64,000 nt of DNA, taken from positions 32,001 to 96,000 of the forward strand of contig CAVPKK010000007.1 in NCBI GenBank assembly GCA_963705705.1, in the 5' to 3' direction. This DNA comes from an uncultured bacterium. Its GTDB lineage: Bacteria > Babelota > Babeliae > Babelales > JABCYS01. Each line of letters starts with the position of its first letter. The first letter of the stretch is position 1. A program made the translations under genes and the position numbers. The notes under the pieces were generated by a model. It searched no databases, was not told the origin of the DNA, and worked only from the letters and a program-made list of their open reading frames with translations. Of this stretch, positions 57,947 through 64,000 are shown piece after piece.

Positions 57947-58591
57947 TTATTTACCATAGACTTTCCTACGCAATTTTTCACGCTGAGCTAACGATCTTGC
58001 TGCTTCCTTGCGGGCAAATGCTGCTTGCTCTGCCGGAAGATTCTTTTCCAATAATGCCCTATTAATTTGAGCAGTTTTTTCCCGCAATTGTTTCATTTCC
58101 GAAGCACGTTTTGCCTCAGCTTCCATACGTGTTTCATTGACCTGAGTTCTTGCTTGGGCCGCCGGCAATGATAATGGCGCATTAACCTGCCCTGGAAAAT
58201 CCCACGGTTTGAGTGGTTGTGTCGGAGGAATTGGTCGATTTATCTTTTGTTCTTCGATTGATAATCTTTTATTTGGCTTCGGAGGAACTTGAGGAGCCAC
58301 ACCTTGTTTTTGAGCAGCTAATTGACCTGACTCAGCAGCTGAAGGAAGTGGTAATAATGGTGGTGTAAAAGTTCTTTTCTCTGTTCTATGATACACAACG
58401 GGTTTGTAAGCATGCCCAGTACCTATTCCCCCAACAGCTTCTGTTGGACGTGCTGTATGTACTATTGGCCGTGATACTTTTTCTTCATGTGATTGTCGTC
58501 GTCCAATTAACGCTTCTTCCCCCATGGCCCGCACATTTTGTGCAATGGTGCTCAGAACGAAAAAAAAGCCAATATATATTTTTTTGTTCAT
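57947..58591 (-). CDS. A[ML]GE-family secreted protein, array member 7
   Basis: MNKKIYIGF...QNVRAMGE...VVYHR; PQVPPKP; PLKPW. Confidence 0.77.
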   Translation of the reverse strand: MNKKIYIGFFFVLSTIAQNVRAMGEEALIGRRQSHEEKVSRPIVHTARPTEAVGGIGTGHAYKPVVYHRTEKRTFTPPLLPLPSAAESGQLAAQKQGVAPQVPPKPNKRLSIEEQKINRPIPPTQPLKPWDFPGQVNAPLSLPAAQARTQVNETRMEAEAKRASEMKQLREKTAQINRALLEKNLPAEQAAFARKEAARSLAQREKLRRKVYGK

Positions 58592-58623
58592 TACCTTCCT
58601 TTTTCTAGTTCTAATCCCAAGCT

Positions 58624-59505
58624 TTATCGCATTTGCGATGGATTCCTAGGAACAGGTTTATATAATTCAACCTTTGCCCCTTGCCTTATTTGTTGCTGAA
58701 CACGAGGCGAATTTTTAAACATTTGTTCAGGAACTACAACAGTTTTTGTTACTGGTTGAGTAACTATTCTTTGTGGCACCAGTGGCTTAACTCCTCGAGG
58801 TATCTCTCGTTGCGGCTGCGGCTGTGGTATTTGTGGTTGTTTGCTAGCAGGCGTCATAAATTTCTCTTGTACTTTGCTTGCAAATGTAACTTCTTTTGGT
58901 TTTTCAATTGGCGCACCAGTTTTCTTTAAAATACCCTTTTGTTTTGGAAAACTTTTTTCAGTAGGTTTTCCTTCCGTTGGGAATCCCCCGGTTCCCGAAG
59001 CTCTTACTTTTTCTTCTTCAGCTATTTTTTCTTGAGCTATTTTTTCATAGTATGGTTCACGATGCCAACCAAATGGAACTGGTGGCGGCTCAGGTGAAAT
59101 AATTCTTGTTGGAAGATTTTGCTGCGGTTGGCTTCCTTTTCCTGCCTCAATATTTATTTGTCTTATATTTTGTTTTTGAGTTTGAGCGCGCAAATTCTTC
59201 AATTCTTTCGGTGAAGCTTCTAGCGGAGAAATAGGAGTATACGTTTGCCTTTTAAAAATCCATGGTTTTAAAGGGGTTGGCGGCGCGCTTTGCTTGTGAT
59301 AATGAATTTCCCCAGGATGAAAAGGACTCACTTGGCTTGTTCCTGCACTCGGTCGCTGTACAATATCAACTCGATATTGCGCTCGAGCTCTCGGCTGCTC
59401 GCCTTCTTCTGGCTGGCGCCGACGACCGATTACACCTTCTTCGCCCATTGTTAATAAGCTTTGTGCTATGCCTAAAGCAAACAATATGCCAATAATTTTT
59501 TTCAC
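58624..59505 (-). CDS. A[ML]GE-family secreted protein, array member 6
   Basis: MKKIIGIL...QSLLTMGE...SPF...IHYHK; PLKPW. Confidence 0.77.
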   Translation of the reverse strand: MKKIIGILFALGIAQSLLTMGEEGVIGRRRQPEEGEQPRARAQYRVDIVQRPSAGTSQVSPFHPGEIHYHKQSAPPTPLKPWIFKRQTYTPISPLEASPKELKNLRAQTQKQNIRQINIEAGKGSQPQQNLPTRIISPEPPPVPFGWHREPYYEKIAQEKIAEEEKVRASGTGGFPTEGKPTEKSFPKQKGILKKTGAPIEKPKEVTFASKVQEKFMTPASKQPQIPQPQPQREIPRGVKPLVPQRIVTQPVTKTVVVPEQMFKNSPRVQQQIRQGAKVELYKPVPRNPSQMR

Positions 59506-59539
59506 TTTTTCCCTTTAGTTCTAATGCACTTTTCTTACT

Positions 59540-60349
59540 TTAGCTTTTGCCTCGTGGTCTTGTAGTTGGTAGAGCAGGCAAAGGTGGCTGAACGTTCGAT
59601 GCCTTTCTTGTAGCCGATTGAGTCGGATGACTTCCTTCAATTAATTGTTTGTTTGTTTGCTTAGCTGCCAACTCTCTTCTTTGGGCTTCTATTTTAGCTC
59701 CCAGTTCTCTATGAGCTGCTGCACTTGGTAGTGGGGGCGGTGGAATTATATTTGGTTGCGGCAAAACGGGTCTCAGTATGGGCTGCACGTCTACTCGCTG
59801 GGGTTCCGTAGGTATTGGCGGCAGTGGTGGATGCTGTATTTTCTTAGGGCCAATAGGCAATGGAGGTGGCGTTGTACGCGTTGGAGGCGTAGGAACACTC
59901 GGTGTTCCAGTTGTGGGTATGACACTTGCTTGAGCTTGTGCTCGATTTCTAGCTGCTGCTTCTGCTAACCTTTTTCCTTCAGCTGCAGTTTTTTCTTCTG
60001 GAGAAGCTGGTAGCAGTTGTGGTTTAAAAGGCTCTTGCCGGATAGACGATATATTTTGTGATTGAAGACGCGCTCTTTCCTCTGGCGTCATACTTTGTAT
60101 TGGCACCAATGTACGCTTCTGCACAGGAAGTTCATAATGAACGTGTTTGCCAACAAATGGATTAACCTGGCCTTTTTCAGCAAATTGACTAGGTCTGGCT
60201 TGACCCATTTGCTGATGTGTTCTTGCTATTTCTCCCTGTTGCTCGCGCTGCAACCGTTGCATACGCTGCATAACAGTTTCTTCTCCCATCGCAAGGATAT
60301 TTTGCATAGCTATCGCGGCAATGAATAATCCGATATACAAGTTTTTCAT
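59540..60349 (-). CDS. A[ML]GE-family secreted polyproline protein, array member 5
   Basis: MKNLYIGLF...QNILAMGE...NPF...VHYE; four PPLP motifs. Confidence 0.78.
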   Translation of the reverse strand: MKNLYIGLFIAAIAMQNILAMGEETVMQRMQRLQREQQGEIARTHQQMGQARPSQFAEKGQVNPFVGKHVHYELPVQKRTLVPIQSMTPEERARLQSQNISSIRQEPFKPQLLPASPEEKTAAEGKRLAEAAARNRAQAQASVIPTTGTPSVPTPPTRTTPPPLPIGPKKIQHPPLPPIPTEPQRVDVQPILRPVLPQPNIIPPPPLPSAAAHRELGAKIEAQRRELAAKQTNKQLIEGSHPTQSATRKASNVQPPLPALPTTRPRGKS

Positions 60350-60383
60350 GTTTGTTACTTTGTTGTTTGTTCAGTGAAAAATT

Positions 60384-61079
60384 CTATTTTTTTCCTGTAT
60401 GTTTATTTAAATAATCTCCCAATTCTTTTAGCCTTGCACTTTTTTCCTCTTGTTCCATATGTGTTTTTGGACTAGTAGGTAATAATTTGTTGAATTCATC
60501 TGCGGCACTCTTAACACTAAGAATTGGTTTAGATGGCTTAGGTATTGGATGAGTTGCTACCGGTCTCTCATTAATATTAGGTAGTTCAATTCTTTCTTCA
60601 TTTAATTCCGGTATTGTTCCTAGAGTGCCACCTGCTTTAATTGAACCCTTTTGCTTCCGATTTTGCCAAAGTTCTTTTAATCGACCTTTGAATGTTTTCT
60701 CTGCTGGTTTTTGCCCCTGTATTACTTGTTGTCCTTTCGACGCTTCAACCATACCCTGTGCAAGACTGCTTTGCCCTTGAGGAGCATTTTTTACTTTAGT
60801 TAATTCATTTTTTTGAAACGACACAGGTTCCGTTTGAGTATGTTGTCCCAAACTCTCATGTGGTGAAGTTAAATTACGCCGGTGATAGACAACATGAGGT
60901 TCAGGAAGTAATTGCTTTGCTGGCTTTGAATTCATATGCTCAGGTTTACTAACGGACCGGCGAACATGCACCTCTTCTGATGGATGAGGTCGCGGATGAT
61001 ATCCCGTTTCACCCAGAGCCAATATATATTGGGCACTTATGCCCATAATAAATAAAACAAATGAATATTTTCTGATCAT
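60384..61079 (-). CDS. A[ML]GE-family secreted protein, array member 4
   Basis: ...QYILALGE...VVYHR. Confidence 0.75.
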   Translation of the reverse strand: MIRKYSFVLFIMGISAQYILALGETGYHPRPHPSEEVHVRRSVSKPEHMNSKPAKQLLPEPHVVYHRRNLTSPHESLGQHTQTEPVSFQKNELTKVKNAPQGQSSLAQGMVEASKGQQVIQGQKPAEKTFKGRLKELWQNRKQKGSIKAGGTLGTIPELNEERIELPNINERPVATHPIPKPSKPILSVKSAADEFNKLLPTSPKTHMEQEEKSARLKELGDYLNKHTGKK

Positions 61080-61180
61080 TACTTTCCTTTTTTTTATATC
61101 TCAACAAGAATTTCATTTTCTTTGTTGACCATCTGCTCACATCAAAATTCACGAGTTCGAGTCTCGGATTTGGCCAATCT

Positions 61181-62227
61181 TTAATGTCCCTTAGGAGGTG
61201 GAGTCCATCCTTTTTGTTTTAATGCATTAATTGTTCGGTTTTTTGCATTGACTGCGACAATTCTTTTATTCTTTGCTGCTACACGCTCCGGCGTTCCAGG
61301 AGTGGCTTTTCGCATTTCCTCTGCAGCCTTATGTACTGGTTTATTGAGATGTTCAAGAGCATTATTTATCGCTTTATGAGCATTTGCAATGTCAGTGTGG
61401 GCTTTAGAGACTTGTTGTTCTGCCGCATTTACTTGTGCGTGGGGTGCATTTTTATCTAATAAATTTTGCAGCTTTGTTTTTGCTGCAGCATGTTCTTTTT
61501 GCGCTGCTGTTAATTTCTCGTGAGCGTTGAGTGCTGCAGTGTGAGGTGTTTCCCCTGCTGGCAGCCCTCCTGGTTCTCCATGCGGTGGTGCAACAGGAAT
61601 CGCTGCCTGGCTTGTTTTAGGCTGTGATACTGATTGTTTAGGCATTTTAGCAACTGCTTCTTGAGCCTTCCTTAAATTAGCGTTTGCTTGATCAAGTGCA
61701 CGTTGTCGTGCTTTAATATCCGGACTATTTTCCGGTGTTGCCAAAAATTTTTGTAGAGCTTGATCTCTTTGCTCATTTGCTTGAGTTCTAGCCTCTATTA
61801 ACTCTCGATTAGTTGGTACTCTTGGTTCCCCAAGATGTGGGGTTAAAGGACTATTTGGCTGTATCGGTGATTGCGTCGGTGTGCCGCTTGGAGCAGGACT
61901 TGGTGTAGGTGCGGTATGAATTGTTTCGGTAGTTTGGCCGGGAATTGGTTCTGAAACAGTTCTAGTTGGTAATACAGGAGTTTCTAGATGAGGAGTTCTA
62001 TGAAATTTAATTTGCCCCTCGTGATAGGGGCTTTTGGTGGTTATAGTTTTATGCGCATTTTCACCAATAATTGGTTCATGTTGATGCTGGCTTGGTTCTT
62101 CTTCTTCATTTCGGTGTGAAGGCCTTCGCTCGCCTACTTCTTCAACTACTGCCATCTCACCCAAAGCAAACATAGTTTGCGAGGCGGTGACCATAATACA
62201 TAATAAGCCGATACAAATTCTCTTCAT
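61181..62227 (-). CDS. A[ML]GE-family secreted protein with a coiled-coil C-terminus, array member 3
   Basis: MKRICIGLL...QTMFALGE...SPY...IKFHR...ETIHTAPTPSP. Confidence 0.78.
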   Translation of the reverse strand: MKRICIGLLCIMVTASQTMFALGEMAVVEEVGERRPSHRNEEEEPSQHQHEPIIGENAHKTITTKSPYHEGQIKFHRTPHLETPVLPTRTVSEPIPGQTTETIHTAPTPSPAPSGTPTQSPIQPNSPLTPHLGEPRVPTNRELIEARTQANEQRDQALQKFLATPENSPDIKARQRALDQANANLRKAQEAVAKMPKQSVSQPKTSQAAIPVAPPHGEPGGLPAGETPHTAALNAHEKLTAAQKEHAAAKTKLQNLLDKNAPHAQVNAAEQQVSKAHTDIANAHKAINNALEHLNKPVHKAAEEMRKATPGTPERVAAKNKRIVAVNAKNRTINALKQKGWTPPPKGH

Positions 62228-62362
62228 TGCTTTCCTTTTTACCCTTTTTATTACCTGCAATCTTTCTACGCTCAGCTTAAATTAGAGCAAACTTAATTTG
62301 CAAGGGTTCATTTTTTGTTAACAGAAGCCAAATCCTTTATTAATTGACGTTTCTTCATTTTC

Positions 62363-63445
62363 TCAATGACTGCGCCTGGTTGTTTCAATACTTTGCAATT
62401 TTGGCTTTTGAGAATCGCTCGGAGAAGATTTTTCATGTTCGAGCATTTCGCTCAATCTGCCTACAGCAATTTTTGATTCTCGATGAAGTCGAGCTTGGCG
62501 CGAACCAGGAATAAAAATCTTTTCTACTTTTTCTCCAAATTTTGTACCTGCAATAGGAGGTTTGGGTATTTGTTCGGGCACCGGCTTAGAATTTGTTATT
62601 TTTTTACCAGGGGTCGATAATTTTTGATGTAATCTTTTTAATTCATTTATGCGCTGTGCTTGCCGATGTTCAGCAAGTGGTTCCTGAACAGTTTTCATTT
62701 TATGTTCACTAAAATTTAGAAGTTCTTTATGCAAACTTTGCAATTTGGCAATCTCTTGAGGAGAGTATGTTCTTTTTGCAAGAATCGTATTTATTTTTTC
62801 ATTCGTGAGTTCCCGATTAGTCTCGATCCTTTCTCCGTTTTCGATTGCTTTTGCTTTTTGCAGGCTTGGCGGTAATTCTCGTAATTGTTCTAATGCTTTT
62901 CGATAGGCCTTTTCATGAGCCGCATTATGCGCATTAATTTCAGATCTCAAATCAGCAGCTTGTTTTTCGGTTTTTGCTGAAACACTTGGTTCGCTTTCCG
63001 CCCCGCGTCGTTGTCTAACTGGTTGCCCTCCTAATTCAATAGCACCTTGGGCAACAGAGCTCGGTGATTGCGGCCTGCTTTGTAAAGGCGAAAGGCGTGC
63101 TGTTGGCGATGGCGAGCCACTTGAAGTGGGGCTTGGTGTTGGTGCTGTATGAAATGTTTCGGCAGATTGGCCGGGAATTGGTTCTGTTATGGATCTTCTT
63201 AGAGCTGGACCGACTTTTGGCGTACGATGAAATTCTACATGTTTTGAAGCATAAGGATTTTCCTGCATGCCTCGACTTGGTTCGCCGACGCCTGTTCTAT
63301 GTACACTTTGTCGCTGTCGCGTTTCTTCTTCCTGATTTCTTTGTTGGCGTCGCGCCAACTGCTCTACTTCTTCGACCTCACCCATAGCAAACATATTTTG
63401 AATGGATAAACCCATAAGTAATAAGCCGATATACGATTTCTTCAT
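62363..63445 (-). CDS. A[ML]GE-family secreted protein with a helical C-terminus, array member 2
   Basis: MKKSYIGLL...QNMFAMGE...NPY...VEFHR...ETFHTAPTPSP. Confidence 0.78.
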   Translation of the reverse strand: MKKSYIGLLLMGLSIQNMFAMGEVEEVEQLARRQQRNQEEETRQRQSVHRTGVGEPSRGMQENPYASKHVEFHRTPKVGPALRRSITEPIPGQSAETFHTAPTPSPTSSGSPSPTARLSPLQSRPQSPSSVAQGAIELGGQPVRQRRGAESEPSVSAKTEKQAADLRSEINAHNAAHEKAYRKALEQLRELPPSLQKAKAIENGERIETNRELTNEKINTILAKRTYSPQEIAKLQSLHKELLNFSEHKMKTVQEPLAEHRQAQRINELKRLHQKLSTPGKKITNSKPVPEQIPKPPIAGTKFGEKVEKIFIPGSRQARLHRESKIAVGRLSEMLEHEKSSPSDSQKPKLQSIETTRRSH

Positions 63446-63520
63446 GACTTTCCTTTTTATGGAGTAATGTCCTTTTTTCATGCCCAACTTAAATTTGGGC
63501 GAACATAATTTGTAAGAGTT

Positions 63521-64000
63521 TTATCGTTTGGTAGCAGAAGCCAAACCTCGCTGTTCAACATTTTCTCCGGCAACATTACTGATTGCTTTACCCATTTCAC
63601 TTTCGCGACTGAGTTCCCCACCTCCCCATCGTGCAGTACTTCTTCTAAAACCAGGAGGGTTTGGCGGCACTAAATTCTCAGTTGAAGGAGATCCTAATGG
63701 CCTGCCACCGACTTTAATTATTTTTGGTGAGCCCTGTACACTTATAGCCCCAGCCCGAGGGCGTCCTTGCTCAAAAAATTCTGAATGACCCTGGATCCCG
63801 CTTTCAACTGATATCGGCTTCTGACGGTGATAAACTACTGTATGATAAGGATTAAGTGCCAAACCACCGCTCGGTTGACTTGATTCTTTTTTCATCTGAC
63901 CTAAACGTGCCGATTCTTCTTGATCTCTGTGTTGTCGACGAGTCAACTGCTCTGCTTCTTGGACCTCGCCCATAGCCGATATATTTGGGGCAAATAGGCT
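63521..64000 (-). CDS. A[ML]GE-family secreted protein, array member 1 (5' end beyond the window)
   Basis: The frame is open to the edge: SLFAPNISAMGEVQEAEQL...NPY..VVYHR. Confidence 0.75.
   Translation of the reverse strand, partial: SLFAPNISAMGEVQEAEQLTRRQHRDQEESARLGQMKKESSQPSGGLALNPYHTVVYHRQKPISVESGIQGHSEFFEQGRPRAGAISVQGSPKIIKVGGRPLGSPSTENLVPPNPPGFRRSTARWGGGELSRESEMGKAISNVAGENVEQRGLASATKR

Noticed and set aside
56461..64000. N-myristoylation of the mature MGE termini, or RiPP precursor array
   Set aside because: Four members have LGE rather than MGE and lack a consistent Ser/Thr at the usual position; the proteins are long and no modifying enzymes are nearby.

Overview
This is a bacterial chromosome segment, probably from a host-dependent intracellular lineage such as Candidatus Dependentiae/Babeliae (TM6). 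That placement is inferred from the many signal-peptide LRR/ankyrin-like hypotheticals, an archaeal/eukaryote-type ProRS and a nucleoside importer; it was not checked against a database. The left 18 kb is mostly housekeeping on the minus strand: xerD (partial), proS, EamA, a degenerate Fic, a VTT protein, an M16 protease, ymdB, rny, zapA, zapB-like, rplT, rpmI, infC, recA, ppiD-like, SPOR, miaA and carD. From 18 to 64 kb, lineage-specific predicted secreted proteins dominate, interspersed with mpg, dnaK, nupC, a glycosyltransferase, prfA and rpmE. The most notable observations are: (1) a tandem array of at least 9 paralogous secreted Pro-rich proteins sharing a signal peptide, an A[ML]GE junction and a downstream [YF]HR motif; (2) an operon with a 1318-aa beta-rich secreted protein, a frameshifted jacalin-lectin/coiled-coil gene and small helical proteins; (3) a REP-like palindrome family that nests into itself and sits in frame inside miaA and another gene; (4) a 1.2-kb non-coding island bounded by direct repeats, with a GC-rich hairpin core; (5) a duplicated dnaK 3' end bracketing one gene; (6) a shuffled ankyrin-like/LRR protein family; (7) a recurring TTG-N18-TAnnnT promoter upstream of secreted-protein genes. 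No rRNA, tRNA, CRISPR array or transposase was recognised.
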